NCBI GenBank assembly: GCA_944375905.1
Contig: CALWAS010000019.1
Coordinates: 5,394-69,393 of the forward strand
DNA: 64,000 nucleotides
Direction of reading: 5' to 3'
Source: an uncultured Bacilli bacterium
GTDB taxonomy: Bacteria; Bacillota_I; Bacilli_A; RFN20; CAG-826
Below, in pieces: positions 37,810-48,149 of the stretch. A program made the position numbers and the translations under genes. A model generated the notes under the pieces. That model was not told where the DNA came from. It did no database searches and worked only from the letters and a program-made list of their open reading frames with translations. How positions within the stretch are numbered: the stretch's first letter is position 1; each line of letters starts with the position of its first letter.

Positions 37810-39129
37810 CTATTTGCCGCCGATCGACATGCTTCTCACATAGACGTCTGGCGACGAAATTCCATCAAGGCCGAGGACGGCGTTGGAATCTATGTCCTTG
37901 ATGTCTTCCATCATCTTGAGAAGGCTTCCGCTTAACGTAATGAGAGTGAGAGGCTCACACGTTTTTCCATCCCTTATCATGAATCCCGAGGCTTGGCATG
38001 AGAAGTCTCCGTTAATTGAGTTCATTCCGGTGCCGAGACCCTGAATCGACGTGATGTAAACGCCTTTCTTGATGGGGGCAATCATCTCTTCGAAACCCTT
38101 CTTCGACGGCTTTACGAAGATTGTTCCGTACCCAATCCCAATCTTTCCGCCGGAAAATTCAGCATTGCCAGTCGATTCAACGCCATCTTTTTTCGCTGTA
38201 TCGCGGTTATAAAGATAAGTTTCGAGTCGGCCGTTCTTTATGATGTTCTTGTTGTAGCGGGCAACCCCTTCAACATCGAAATACGAGAAGAACGGCGTTT
38301 TTTCCAACGGCCTTTCGGAAACGGTAAGCTTGCTGGAACCGACCTTCGTACCGAGCTTGCCGGCCAAGAACGAAGATTTCTTTTGAACTTGCTCACTGCT
38401 GGCAGCCGACACCACATAGTCAATTAAAGAGGCGAACACATCGTTCTTGATGACGGTGGGATATTTTCCGCTCTCGCAAGGAACCCCGCCAAACTGGCTG
38501 CGGACATCTTTGATCGCCTCGTCGATCATCTTGGCAAGATTCATCTTGGAAGGATCGATTCCGAAATCGAATTGATCGCTGTTGCGAAGTTCTTCGCCGT
38601 TTCTTGCATATAGCGCGACGACATAATAGTAGGAACTCTTTTTGTTGACGAGTTTCAATCCGTGCGAATTGTAGAACTCTGAGGAGCTCGAGACCTTCTC
38701 GAAAGACGCATTGAAATCAGTGATGCGAGGCTCTTTCGCTCGAGCCCCTTCTTCTAATTGGTAAAGATTTTTAAGTACATCGTCCAAGGCAATCGAATCA
38801 ATCGACTTGTTGTATATGTTCTTTTTGCGATACTTCGGCGAGCCGGGGAAAAAATCCGTTCCGCTTCCGGACTCGTTGGCTTTGGCGGCCTTTATTATCC
38901 CGTCAACTAGCCATGGTATGGTTTTTTGATCGATTCGATCGGTTCTCACGCTTCCATAACGTCCTTCGAAAAGGCCGGAGGCAACCGCGGATTGGTTGTC
39001 CGCGATGCTATAGTTCTCTATCGCGTGATTGAATGTTTCGATCGAAGAGCATTTGGAACGGTTGATAACGAGCTGAGAAGCGGTGATTCCGCGTTCTTTT
39101 GCTAGTTCGAAAAACTTTTTGACGTTCAT
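37810..39129 (-). CDS. pmbA: TldD/PmbA-family metalloprotease subunit (PmbA/TldE-like)
   Basis: 439 aa of TldD/PmbA fold length and pattern, without the HExxxH motif. ATGA-type overlap with tldD (39126-39129). Confidence 0.88.
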   Translation of the reverse strand: MNVKKFFELAKERGITASQLVINRSKCSSIETFNHAIENYSIADNQSAVASGLFEGRYGSVRTDRIDQKTIPWLVDGIIKAAKANESGSGTDFFPGSPKYRKKNIYNKSIDSIALDDVLKNLYQLEEGARAKEPRITDFNASFEKVSSSSEFYNSHGLKLVNKKSSYYYVVALYARNGEELRNSDQFDFGIDPSKMNLAKMIDEAIKDVRSQFGGVPCESGKYPTVIKNDVFASLIDYVVSAASSEQVQKKSSFLAGKLGTKVGSSKLTVSERPLEKTPFFSYFDVEGVARYNKNIIKNGRLETYLYNRDTAKKDGVESTGNAEFSGGKIGIGYGTIFVKPSKKGFEEMIAPIKKGVYITSIQGLGTGMNSINGDFSCQASGFMIRDGKTCEPLTLITLSGSLLKMMEDIKDIDSNAVLGLDGISSPDVYVRSMSIGGK

Positions 39130-40532
39130 TCGAGTTTACCTCCCCGTCCACCGACGGTAATTTCCTTAAGGCGAATCGTGGGCTGTCCAACGCAAACAGG
39201 AATGCTTCCGGATGCAGCTCCGCAATACCCCTGTCCCAGGTCAAGATCGTTTCCCACGCGGTCAATGTTCATCAAAACCTCGTCTCCTCGCCCTATGAGC
39301 GTGCAGCCTTTGACCGGTTCCGCTATCTTCCCGTCTCTTACTATGTAGGCTTCGCAAGCCGAAAAGTTGAATTCGCCCGTGCTTGGGTCAACCGATCCTC
39401 CACCGAAATCCGCTACATATATTCCCAGCTTCGTATCTTTCACGATGTCTTGAGGATCGTCTTTTCCGGCTGCTATGTAGGTGTTTGACATGCGGCTGGT
39501 AGGGGCATATCGGTAAGACTGGCGCCTTGAGGTTCCGTTCGGCTCCATATTCAGCCGGCGCCCGTTGAGTCTATCCACGAGATATCCAACGCAAATCCCG
39601 TCTTTAATCAATTGGTTTTTATGTGTTCCAACGCCTTCGTCATCGACGTTCGAAGACCCGAACGCACCCCCTATGGTGCCATCGTCGAAAGCCGAAACGA
39701 TCGGGCTTGCAATCTGTTTTCCTATGCAGTTTGAGAAAATCGACAGATTCCTTGAAGTGGCGCTGGCCTCCAGTGGGTGGCCGCACGACTCGTGGAACAA
39801 AACGCCTCCCCATCCGTTGGCAATGATCACGGGATAGCGTCCGGAGGGACATTCTTTGGCGGAAAGCATGGTTATGGCCTTCTTTGCTGCTTTCCTGGCT
39901 ATTTCGGCCGGGTCGTTTTTCGCCTGGCATTCTTTCCAGCCGCAGGCAAGGCCTGGGCCCATCCGGCCGGTTTCGGTGCTCTTTCCATCACTTGCTACGC
40001 AGCTAATCGAGAGGCGGACGCGGCATTCGACGTTGTCACTCTCAATGGCATTTGGGCCGCTAGCCGAAACGACGTTCCTAACGCTTTTCGTGCTTGATAG
40101 CGAGGCCATGATCCTTACGAGTCTTTCGTCGTATTCTTTGGCGGCTTCGTAACCCTTTCTAAGGTAGGCAAGCTTTTCTTCGAGCGGGGCTTCGATGACG
40201 GGGTCGGGAACCCGATTTACCTTGCCGACTCGCGCCTTGGAGATAGTCTCTACTTTTATGGTTCTTTCACCCTCGAAGCTTTTGGCTAGGTCGGCAGCCA
40301 AGGAAAGAAGGGATTTTTTCGAAAAGTCGCTGGTCGTTCCGTAAACCGAGCCAAGGCCCTTCAGGATGCGAATTCCAACTCCGCTTGTTTTCGACAAAGC
40401 CGGGGGTTCGCTTTTTCCGTTGTCGAGAAGGAGCGATTCGCTATCGGTGTCTTCGTAGAATATTTCCGCATAGTCGCCGCCAGTCGAAAGAGCTTCGTTG
40501 AGCGCGGCGATCAAGAGGGATCTGCTAATCAT
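39126..40532 (-). CDS. tldD: metalloprotease TldD
   Basis: 468 aa. GGDYAEIFYED N-terminus and zinc motif HESCGHPLE. Confidence 0.92.
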   Translation of the reverse strand: MISRSLLIAALNEALSTGGDYAEIFYEDTDSESLLLDNGKSEPPALSKTSGVGIRILKGLGSVYGTTSDFSKKSLLSLAADLAKSFEGERTIKVETISKARVGKVNRVPDPVIEAPLEEKLAYLRKGYEAAKEYDERLVRIMASLSSTKSVRNVVSASGPNAIESDNVECRVRLSISCVASDGKSTETGRMGPGLACGWKECQAKNDPAEIARKAAKKAITMLSAKECPSGRYPVIIANGWGGVLFHESCGHPLEASATSRNLSIFSNCIGKQIASPIVSAFDDGTIGGAFGSSNVDDEGVGTHKNQLIKDGICVGYLVDRLNGRRLNMEPNGTSRRQSYRYAPTSRMSNTYIAAGKDDPQDIVKDTKLGIYVADFGGGSVDPSTGEFNFSACEAYIVRDGKIAEPVKGCTLIGRGDEVLMNIDRVGNDLDLGQGYCGAASGSIPVCVGQPTIRLKEITVGGRGGKLE

Positions 40533-40622
40533 CTATTCCATTTCCTCCGTCGGCTATGCTAGACGAGTTTTGAAAAAAGGAAAGCATTAATACAGACGCC
40601 AGTCATCGTTTAAAATCAGCTC

Positions 40623-41219
40623 ATGGAAAAGATGGGTTTCTCATCGCTTAAGGAAGGGTGGGAAAGGCTAAGGCCTCTTCTAAGTCGGGAAGACATCCGT
40701 TTCATAGCGTCCAAAGACACCTTCCGCAAAAGGCTTAGAGGATTCTTGACCCCCGCATACTGGAAAAGAGAGCGCCTTATTAAGGAGTCAAGCGTCGTGT
40801 GGGGCTTGGTGTTCAAGGAGTGGCACGGCAATCCCTCGGAAGCAGGCAATTACTACCGGGATTGGGTGCTTTTTTCGCCATCGACATCCGTCAACGAGGA
40901 TCCCCGTCTTTTGTTTGAAGCCGCGAGCGCTCTTCGAAGCGGAAAAGAGACGCCTCCGAAAAGCAAGAAAGAGATCTCGCTCCGCAATGTTCTCGAAAAG
41001 CCGCTTAGCGACGCAAGCTACTTCAAATTGCCTCCAGAGGCAACAGGAGGCGAACTAATCTATCTCTCGATCGTTGAAAGGCCATATGATTTGAACGACG
41101 GTTTCAATTTGGGGCTTCACCCGGTTCTCATGAATCCGTCCATAAGCAAGGAAATCATTTTTCTTCCAAACAAGTATTGGCGCGAGGAAGAAAAGAAAAG
41201 GGAGACGCAAAATGGCTAG
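40623..41219 (+). CDS. hypothetical protein
   Basis: 198-aa ORF with no recognisable motif. 8-nt overlap with the downstream MBL gene suggests co-translation. Confidence 0.5.
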   Translation: MEKMGFSSLKEGWERLRPLLSREDIRFIASKDTFRKRLRGFLTPAYWKRERLIKESSVVWGLVFKEWHGNPSEAGNYYRDWVLFSPSTSVNEDPRLLFEAASALRSGKETPPKSKKEISLRNVLEKPLSDASYFKLPPEATGGELIYLSIVERPYDLNDGFNLGLHPVLMNPSISKEIIFLPNKYWREEEKKRETQNG

Positions 41220-41814
41220 GCTCTTTTATCAAGGACACAGCAGTTTCCGCATCACTTCGGACGCTGGGAAAGTGTGTTTCATCGATCCTTTTGCGGGCGT
41301 CGGATATCAAACGCCGGCCGACTTGGTTCTCATAACGCACGAGCATTACGACCACAATGCCATCGACAAGATAACGATGGCTCCGGGCTGCGTGGTCATT
41401 CGAAGCAAAGACGCCATAAATGGTGGAATATACAGGGAATTTGCGGAGAAAGGATACAAAATCAAGGCAGTGCCTGCTTACAATTCCCACCACCCCAGAG
41501 GTTTTGGTTGCGGCTATCTAATCGAGGTAGACGGCGTGAAGATATACCATGCTGGCGACACTGACTTCATACCGGAGATGGCCTCGCTCAAAGGCGAGAA
41601 TATCAATTATGCGCTTCTTCCAATCGACGGCTTCTATACGATGAGCCCGGAGGATGCCGATCGCGCTGCCGAGGCGATTGCTCCGGTCCACTTCATTCCA
41701 ATGCATATGAAACCGGGCATGGATTTCGTCATGGCGCAGGCCATGAAGGTCCATTCTCCTCGAGCCATGCTGATGCGCCCGAACGACGAAATAACGTTGG
41801 AGAAAGGATTTTAG
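41212..41814 (+). CDS. MBL-fold metallo-hydrolase (UPF0173-like)
   Basis: 200 aa. LVLITHEHYDHN (HxHxDH) and a downstream HAGDT. Confidence 0.85.
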   Translation: MARLFYQGHSSFRITSDAGKVCFIDPFAGVGYQTPADLVLITHEHYDHNAIDKITMAPGCVVIRSKDAINGGIYREFAEKGYKIKAVPAYNSHHPRGFGCGYLIEVDGVKIYHAGDTDFIPEMASLKGENINYALLPIDGFYTMSPEDADRAAEAIAPVHFIPMHMKPGMDFVMAQAMKVHSPRAMLMRPNDEITLEKGF

Positions 41815-41815
41815 G

Positions 41816-42337
41816 ATGGAAGCGCGTGCCATTTTGAAGAAGCTGGCCCTTTACCTGGTTTTCTTCGTTGCCTCGGTCATCTTCACTTACTTCATGACTT
41901 CCATAGGCCTTTTCTTCTTCTCCGAAGGGGCGTTCCCGGTTGAAGAAGAGCCTCTTTTTGGGAAAATCGTCATGCCGATCATGTATGCGGCGGTGGCCTT
42001 GGGCGTTTCCCTCGTCGTCGAGTTCGGCGTGCTTGGGACCCCGAGCGAACCCACGGAGAGAAAAATCTTCGCTTGGGGACTTGTCGTCGTCTTCCTCTTT
42101 CACTTGGCTGTGCTGGCCGTCGTCCTCATCGTCGGATCGACTTTCATCAAGCCAGAGCATCCTGACTTTTCCTTCCTTGCCGTTCCCCTCGTCCCTCCTT
42201 TGGTCTTCGTTTTGGGCCAACTTGCATACGGCATTTCGATGCTTGTAAGCCTTATGAGGACTCATAAAGAAGAAAATGGTCCGAATTTGGCGGAAAAAGC
42301 TAACGTAATTGATGGAAAACGAGACGACTGTGTTTAA
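41816..42337 (+). CDS. hypothetical membrane protein (about 4 TM)
   Basis: 173 aa with hydrophobic helices. Starts 1 nt after the MBL stop. Confidence 0.55.
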   Translation: MEARAILKKLALYLVFFVASVIFTYFMTSIGLFFFSEGAFPVEEEPLFGKIVMPIMYAAVALGVSLVVEFGVLGTPSEPTERKIFAWGLVVVFLFHLAVLAVVLIVGSTFIKPEHPDFSFLAVPLVPPLVFVLGQLAYGISMLVSLMRTHKEENGPNLAEKANVIDGKRDDCV

Positions 42338-42404
42338 AATGAAAACAATTAGGGGGAGGGGTTGGCGCTTCTGCCCCGAAAGTCCCGAATAGGAGGAGAC
42401 AAAA

Positions 42405-43277
42405 ATGTACAAGTGCCCGAAGTGCGGACAGGTCTTCGAAGGAGAGGCCCGATTCTGCCCCAATTGCGGACAGCCGTTTGTTTATCCCGCTCAGGAAGAC
42501 GAGGGGAAGACCCTTCATGTCTACCTTCACCACGTAAAAGAAGAGGAAGAGGCTCCGAAGAAGGAAGAACCGCTTCCAATCGAGGAGCCGGCGCCAGCCA
42601 AGGCGGAAGAGGAACCCGAAGAAACCGAAACCGTTGGCAAGCCGGTGGACAATGCGGTCCAACGCAAGTATGTTGCCTCGGCGGTGTTCGGCGCCATCGC
42701 CAACTTGATGGGACTCGGCCTTCTCGTCTTCGCGGTCGTCTTCTGCTATGTGGTGCCGGTTGGCTTCCTGAACGGCGAGACCTGGAGTTTCCAAGCCGAG
42801 GTGGCCACGACTCTCAATTACTTCATTAATTCCATAAAGAACTTCGATGGAACCACCGAGGGCGTGATCGGACTCGTTGCCCAAATCATCCCGCTTTGCC
42901 TTGCCCTAATCGGAGCCATCTTCGCGATCGTCGATTTCTTCGTGCTTTGCGTCTACGGCGCGAAGAGCCACGAAAAGGTTTCCAAGCTTGCCATTTCCAC
43001 TGCCGGCGGAAAGGGCGGGAAGGGAGTCGCTTCCCACGTTTGGCCCGCTTTTGCTTTTATCTTCGGTGCCACGCTCATTTACAACGTCATCTCGTGCGTG
43101 CTTCTCGTCATCTACCAAAACGAGGGATTTCCCATTATCGACTTCAAATGGGACCACGCTCTATTCACTTACATCGCGATTGGCATCCTCGTCGTTTACT
43201 TCATCTTCGCCATCATTGCCTCGAGCATTCTTCGCTCGGTCAAGAAGGACATCAGGAAGACGCTTCTTCTCAACTAG
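42405..43277 (+). CDS. zinc-ribbon domain membrane protein
   Basis: N-terminal CPKCG-x11-CPNCG zinc ribbon, an acidic E/P linker, then about 5 TM helices. AGGAGG-like SD (ataggaggag) upstream. Confidence 0.7.
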   Translation: MYKCPKCGQVFEGEARFCPNCGQPFVYPAQEDEGKTLHVYLHHVKEEEEAPKKEEPLPIEEPAPAKAEEEPEETETVGKPVDNAVQRKYVASAVFGAIANLMGLGLLVFAVVFCYVVPVGFLNGETWSFQAEVATTLNYFINSIKNFDGTTEGVIGLVAQIIPLCLALIGAIFAIVDFFVLCVYGAKSHEKVSKLAISTAGGKGGKGVASHVWPAFAFIFGATLIYNVISCVLLVIYQNEGFPIIDFKWDHALFTYIAIGILVVYFIFAIIASSILRSVKKDIRKTLLLN

Positions 43278-43296
43278 TTTCGATTTGGAATCGGCA

Positions 43297-43318
43297 GGGG
43301 CCCCTTTGGGCCCCTTTT
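43297..43318 (+). terminator. intrinsic terminator
   Basis: GGGGCCC-CTTT-GGGCCCC stem followed by TTTT. Confidence 0.65.
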
Positions 43319-43321
43319 CCA

Positions 43322-43350
43322 TTGAAAAAGTCAATTTCTGCCTGTATCAT
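43322..43350 (+). promoter_or_regulatory. sigma-A-type promoter of rpmE
   Basis: TTGAAA (43322-43327), a 17-nt spacer, then TATCAT (43345-43350), 54 nt upstream of the rpmE ATG. Confidence 0.5.
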
Positions 43351-43404
43351 CTTGACCGCAACTCTCTTTGTGGGAGAAGCCCACAAGGCTGAAAGGAGTG
43401 AAAC

Positions 43405-43623
43405 ATGAAGAAAGGCATCCATCCCGAGTACCACGAGTGCACGGTGACCTGCGTCAGCTGCGGGAACACGTTCAAGACCGGAAGCGTCCTTAAGGAAATC
43501 AAGGTCGAAACATGCAGCAACTGCCATCCCTTCTACACCGGGAAGCAGCGCAACGTCCAAGCCGATGGCCGCATCGACAAGTTCAACAAGAAACTTGCCA
43601 AGGCCCAGAACAGCGGGAAGTAA
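43405..43623 (+). CDS. rpmE: 50S ribosomal protein L31 (zinc-binding type A)
   Basis: 72 aa. [11 protein letters not shown] start with CVSCGN and [13 protein letters not shown] Cys pairs. Confidence 0.95.
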   Translation: MKKGIHPEYHECTVTCVSCGNTFKTGSVLKEIKVETCSNCHPFYTGKQRNVQADGRIDKFNKKLAKAQNSGK

Positions 43624-43707
43624 GTCGTTAGCTATTGCGGCCGCGGTGAAATCCGCGGCCTTTCCTTTATAAGGAAACGCCATTACGATTAACCACGGGA
43701 GAGATCC

Positions 43708-45315
43708 ATGAGCAAGAAGTTCTATATTACGACGCCGATTTACTATCCGAGTGCTTCTCCGCACCTCGGCCACGCCTATTGCACGACTTTGTCCGATGTC
43801 ATTGCCCGCGGAAAGAGAATGCGCGGATATGACACCTTCTTTTTGACCGGGCTTGACGAGCATGGCGAGAAAATAGAAGAAAACGCCAAGGCGAAGGGCA
43901 TTACTCCCCAAGAGTTCGTCGACGAAGTGGCCGTGAAGTTCATCGACCTTTGGAAAACGATGGGAATCTCCTACGATCATTTCATAAGGACGACCGACAA
44001 AAGCCACGTCGAAACGGTCAAGAAGATCTTTTCCCGCTTCGCCAAGCAAGACGACGTCTACCTCTCGAGCTATGAGGGCTGGTATTGCGTCCACGAGGAA
44101 AGCTATTGGACGGAGACTCAGGTCGGTCCCGAACACCTTTGCCCCGAATGCCATCGTCCGGTCGAGAAAAAGGAAGAGCCGGCTTATTTCTTCCGCTGCA
44201 GCAAATACGTCGGCGACCTTTTGAAGTTCTATGACGAGCACCCGGATTTCGTCATTCCGGAAGGCCGCAAGACTGAAATGATCAACAACTTCATCAAGCC
44301 AGGGCTGACCGACCTATGCGTTACCAGGACGACTTTCGATTGGGGAATCCCGATCAACGAGGCCGCGGGACATGTAATCTACGTGTGGTTGGATGCCCTA
44401 ACGAATTACATTTCCGCTTTGGGCTACCTTCAAGAGGACGATTCCCTCTTCAAGCGCTTCTGGGAAGATCCGGAGACCGAAATCGTTCACGTCATCGGCG
44501 CGGACATCAATCGTTTCCACACGATTTACTGGCCGATGTTCCTTGAAGCACTGGGCCTTCGCGAGCCGACTCACGTCTTCGTCCACGGGCTCATGATGAT
44601 GAAAGACGGAAAGATGTCGAAGTCGAAGGGAAACGTTATTCCCGTTCCACCTCTCGTCGAGCATTTCGGCGTCGATGCCGTTCGCTACTATCTAACGAGG
44701 GAAATCGTTTTCGGGCAGGACGGGCAGTTTACCCCGGAACAGTTTGTCGACCGGCTAAACATCGATTTGGCAAACGACCTTGGCAATCTCCTCAACCGCA
44801 CCGTTTCCATGATAGAGAAATACTTTGGCGGCGAGATCCCTCCTTACGAGGGAGACTTGAACGATCTTGACAGAAATCTCTATGACGCTGCCAGGGAAAC
44901 GGTAAGGACATATGAAAGCCTCGTTGATTCATTGAAAGTCACCGAAGCGTACGCATCGGTCATGGACCTCGTATCCAAGGCCAACAAATACATCGAGCAG
45001 TCGGCTCCGTGGGCACTGGCCAAGGATCCTGAGAAAAAGCCGCTTTTGGCTTCCTGCATGGCTCACCTTGCAGGCGTGCTTTTCCTAGCTGGCGAATTGC
45101 TTAGCCCCATCTTGATAACAAAGAGCAACGACCTCTTCGACCAACTTGGTCTCGCCAAGGAAGAGCGGACCTACGAAAAGGCAACTTCATTGTCGTCGCT
45201 AGGCGGACACCGCGTGGTAAAGGGCACGCCTTTGTTCCCGCGTCTCGATGTGGCCAAGGAAACCGAATTCATAAAGAACCTCATGGCCGCGCCGAAGGAA
45301 AAGGCCGCGGCTTGA
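43708..45315 (+). CDS. metG: methionyl-tRNA synthetase (short form, no C-terminal tRNA-binding domain)
   Basis: 535 aa. HIGH-type motif SPHLGHAY, zinc knuckle CPECHRP, KMSKS. Confidence 0.97.
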   Translation: MSKKFYITTPIYYPSASPHLGHAYCTTLSDVIARGKRMRGYDTFFLTGLDEHGEKIEENAKAKGITPQEFVDEVAVKFIDLWKTMGISYDHFIRTTDKSHVETVKKIFSRFAKQDDVYLSSYEGWYCVHEESYWTETQVGPEHLCPECHRPVEKKEEPAYFFRCSKYVGDLLKFYDEHPDFVIPEGRKTEMINNFIKPGLTDLCVTRTTFDWGIPINEAAGHVIYVWLDALTNYISALGYLQEDDSLFKRFWEDPETEIVHVIGADINRFHTIYWPMFLEALGLREPTHVFVHGLMMMKDGKMSKSKGNVIPVPPLVEHFGVDAVRYYLTREIVFGQDGQFTPEQFVDRLNIDLANDLGNLLNRTVSMIEKYFGGEIPPYEGDLNDLDRNLYDAARETVRTYESLVDSLKVTEAYASVMDLVSKANKYIEQSAPWALAKDPEKKPLLASCMAHLAGVLFLAGELLSPILITKSNDLFDQLGLAKEERTYEKATSLSSLGGHRVVKGTPLFPRLDVAKETEFIKNLMAAPKEKAAA

Positions 45316-46673
45316 AGATGGAACGGATTCCTGCCTACGAAGGAAAGTGCATCGGCTACACCCACCTCGGGGTCGGCATTTTCCTTTCCCCTTCCTTCGA
45401 AGGCAGGATTCTTGTTTCCGGAATGGTGCCCGGCGACGAAGGATTTGTGGAAATTTCATACAAAAGAGCCGGGAATTGCTTTGGTAAAATCAAAAAATTG
45501 ACCGCTCTTTCCAAAGACAGGATCGTCCCGGCATGCCCGGTTCATACTTCCTGCGGCGGGTGCTTATTCCAAAACGTTTCCTATGAACGCCAACTCGGCT
45601 TCAAAAAAGAGCTCGTCGAATCGCAACTGAAGCGCGTCGACGGACTGTCGTTTTCTCTAGAAGACACGGTTCCGAGCATTCCGAACACCGGAATTCGGAA
45701 CAAGGTGCAAGTTCCTTTTGGCCGCGACAGAAAGGGAAGGCTGGTATATGGCTTCTACAAAGAACTCAGCCATGAAATCGTCCCTTATCCCGATTGCGTA
45801 AACGCCGACCCCAGGGCAAATGCCATTTTGTCGAAAGTGCATGACGCGGCGATGCGCACGGGCCTCGCCCCATACGACGAAAGGAACGAGAGCGGAGAGC
45901 TTCGGCATGCCATAGTAAGAACAAGCCGCTTTTATGACGAAAAGATGCTCACCATCGTCACGAAAGACAGGGACTTCCCCGAGAAGGAAGAGTTCTTTGA
46001 CCTCATCGCTGCATCTCTTGGGAAAGCCGATCACCTCATCCACAACATTAACGGCAAAAGCACAAACGTCATTCTCGGGAGCGAAGAGGAGGTTATCTAT
46101 GGGACCCCCTATTTGCGCGATCGACTTCTTGGGAAAGAGTTCCTGATCTCGTCCCGCTCTTTTTATCAGACCAATCCCTACATTGCCGAGAAAGTTTACG
46201 AAACGGTTCGAGAGGAACTTGAACTAAGCGGAGAGGAAACCGTTCTCGATGCATACGGCGGAATAGGGACCATCGGAATCGTGCTTAGCGACAAAGCAAA
46301 GGAAGTCATTTCGGTGGAAAACGTTTGCCAGGCGACTCTCGACGCAAGGAAGAATGCCGAGCTCAATGGCGTGCGCAACTTCGAAGCCGTTTGCCTCGAT
46401 GTTGGCGAAGCTCTTGAGAAAATGGCCAAAGACGGAAAGAAGATCGACGTAGCCGTTCTCGATCCGGCCCGCAGGGGATGCGGCCGCTTTGCCTGCGAGA
46501 AGATTCTTGAACTCGCGCCGGCCAAGATCGCCTACGTTTCGTGCTCTCCTATGTCGCTAGCGAAAGACCTCGATGTGCTCAAGGACAATTACTTCATTCG
46601 TCTGGTTAAGCCATTCGACATGTTCCCTTTTACCCCACATGTCGAGACGGTCGTCATTCTATCGAGAAAATGA
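45312..46673 (+). CDS. rlmD: 23S rRNA (uracil-C5)-methyltransferase, RlmD/RumA family
   Basis: 453 aa. TRAM-like N-terminus, Fe-S Cys cluster (CPVHTSCGGC), SAM fold LDAYGGIGTIG, DPARRGC, catalytic YVSCSP. ATGA overlap with metG. Confidence 0.9.
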   Translation: MKMERIPAYEGKCIGYTHLGVGIFLSPSFEGRILVSGMVPGDEGFVEISYKRAGNCFGKIKKLTALSKDRIVPACPVHTSCGGCLFQNVSYERQLGFKKELVESQLKRVDGLSFSLEDTVPSIPNTGIRNKVQVPFGRDRKGRLVYGFYKELSHEIVPYPDCVNADPRANAILSKVHDAAMRTGLAPYDERNESGELRHAIVRTSRFYDEKMLTIVTKDRDFPEKEEFFDLIAASLGKADHLIHNINGKSTNVILGSEEEVIYGTPYLRDRLLGKEFLISSRSFYQTNPYIAEKVYETVREELELSGEETVLDAYGGIGTIGIVLSDKAKEVISVENVCQATLDARKNAELNGVRNFEAVCLDVGEALEKMAKDGKKIDVAVLDPARRGCGRFACEKILELAPAKIAYVSCSPMSLAKDLDVLKDNYFIRLVKPFDMFPFTPHVETVVILSRK

Positions 46674-46686
46674 ACTTTTTTAGCCT

Positions 46687-47667
46687 TTAGGAAAGGTATT
46701 TCGAGAAAAAGGAAACAATCCTTTCCCAAGGGATGGCATTTTTTCCTCCTCCATCATAAAGGTCGGTATGAACGGCGTCGGGAATCGACAGGAAGAACTT
46801 GTTTTCCGAATATTTGTTGCCGTCCATCATGCGGTCGTAGGCATCCTTTCCGAAATAATATGAGTGGGCCTTTTGACCATGCATTATCAATACGGAGGAA
46901 CGTATCTCGTTTGAATAGACGTCAATCGGCTGGTTCATGAAGGAAATGCACCCGATTTTGGCCCATCCACCGTTCGAATTGAGGGAGCGCGGATGATAAC
47001 CGCGTTTGGTCTTGTAGTAATCGTAGTAGTCTTTGACGAAGAAGGGTGCGTCGGCCGGAAGCGGATCGACTACTCCGCCTGCTAGCGGATAGTTCCCTTC
47101 AATGTAGTCTTTCGTTCTTTCCTTACTGAGGGCGACCCTTTTGGCGTGGCGAGCTTCTTCGTTGTTTTCACTGTCGAAATAACCGTTGGCATTCACCCTC
47201 GACATATCGTACATGGTTGAGACGAGGGTCGCTTTGATCCTCGTATCGATGGCTGCCGCATTGAGGGCAAGCCCTCCCCAACCGCAAATTCCGATGATTC
47301 CGATTTTTTCGCGGTCTACCTCGGAAGAAGCGGAAAGATAGTCGACCGCGGCTTGGAAATCTTCCGTGTTGATGTCCGGGGAAGCCATGTAGCGCGGGAA
47401 CCCTCCGCTTTCGCCAGTGAAAGATGGATCGAAGGCGATTGTCAAAAAGCCATTCTCGGCCATTTTTTGGGCATAAAGGCCGGATGCTTGTTCTTTCGCT
47501 GCTCCAAAGGGTCCGCAAACGGCGATGGCCGGGAGCCTTCCTTTTGCCCCGATCGGCTTATATTTGTCAGCTACTAGCTCTATGCCGTATCGATTGCGGA
47601 AACTAATTTTTTCGTGTTCGGCTTTCTCGCTTTTCGGGAAAGTCTTGTCCCAAATTTCGGCATTCAT
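46687..47667 (-). CDS. alpha/beta hydrolase (Cys-nucleophile, dienelactone-hydrolase-like)
   Basis: Start moved to the ATG at 47667 (MNAEIWDK), which has GGAGGA 7 nt upstream. Nucleophile-elbow-like GICGWGG. Confidence 0.8.
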   Translation of the reverse strand: MNAEIWDKTFPKSEKAEHEKISFRNRYGIELVADKYKPIGAKGRLPAIAVCGPFGAAKEQASGLYAQKMAENGFLTIAFDPSFTGESGGFPRYMASPDINTEDFQAAVDYLSASSEVDREKIGIIGICGWGGLALNAAAIDTRIKATLVSTMYDMSRVNANGYFDSENNEEARHAKRVALSKERTKDYIEGNYPLAGGVVDPLPADAPFFVKDYYDYYKTKRGYHPRSLNSNGGWAKIGCISFMNQPIDVYSNEIRSSVLIMHGQKAHSYYFGKDAYDRMMDGNKYSENKFFLSIPDAVHTDLYDGGGKNAIPWERIVSFFSKYLS

Positions 47668-48128
47668 GTCTGCTCCTCCGAAAACCAATATAGATAAAAA
47701 GGCTCAATCCCGGCGAAATATGACTTTCTAAAATGGCCCCCTTGCCTATTTGGCATTGTTTTAAGGACTTTTAAAAATGGGCGAGCCTTGATTCAAACGC
47801 AGCGTGCTTTTTAATTTGATAGCGAAAATTTAAGTAGAAAAACGGATGCCTTGCAATTTCACAAAGTCTATTTTTAACCTCGTTTTAAAAATGGCGCCGA
47901 TAGCTTGGCATTCCATTTTTCATTGACGAAGAAACATTAATTGCTCGGCCGTGGTGTTTCCTTTTTTGAGGACATGGGCTCGGCAACCAAAAACGCCTTC
48001 ACGTTTTCCTGTTCTTCCTTTCTCAGCCTCTGACAGATTCCTTGATTTAACGGAAAAAATGACGATTTCGGACAGGTCCCGGGGTTCCTTGACTTTAATC
48101 TTTGGCATGTTACCCTAGGCTAGCCAGA

Positions 48129-48149
48129 GCCGAGCGCTCGGCCTTTTTT
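48129..48149 (+). terminator. short plus-strand hairpin with T6, 33 nt upstream of the MATE gene (possible attenuator)
   Basis: GCCGA-GCGC-TCGGC followed by CTTTTTT. No plus-strand gene lies upstream. Confidence 0.4.

Noticed and set aside
47920-48108. 62-aa minus-strand ORF in the AT-rich gap
   Set aside because: It has no SD (CCTAGGGTAAC-ATG) and no recognisable family. It is antisense to the candidate leader ORFs. It is kept only as part of the gap finding, not called as a gene.
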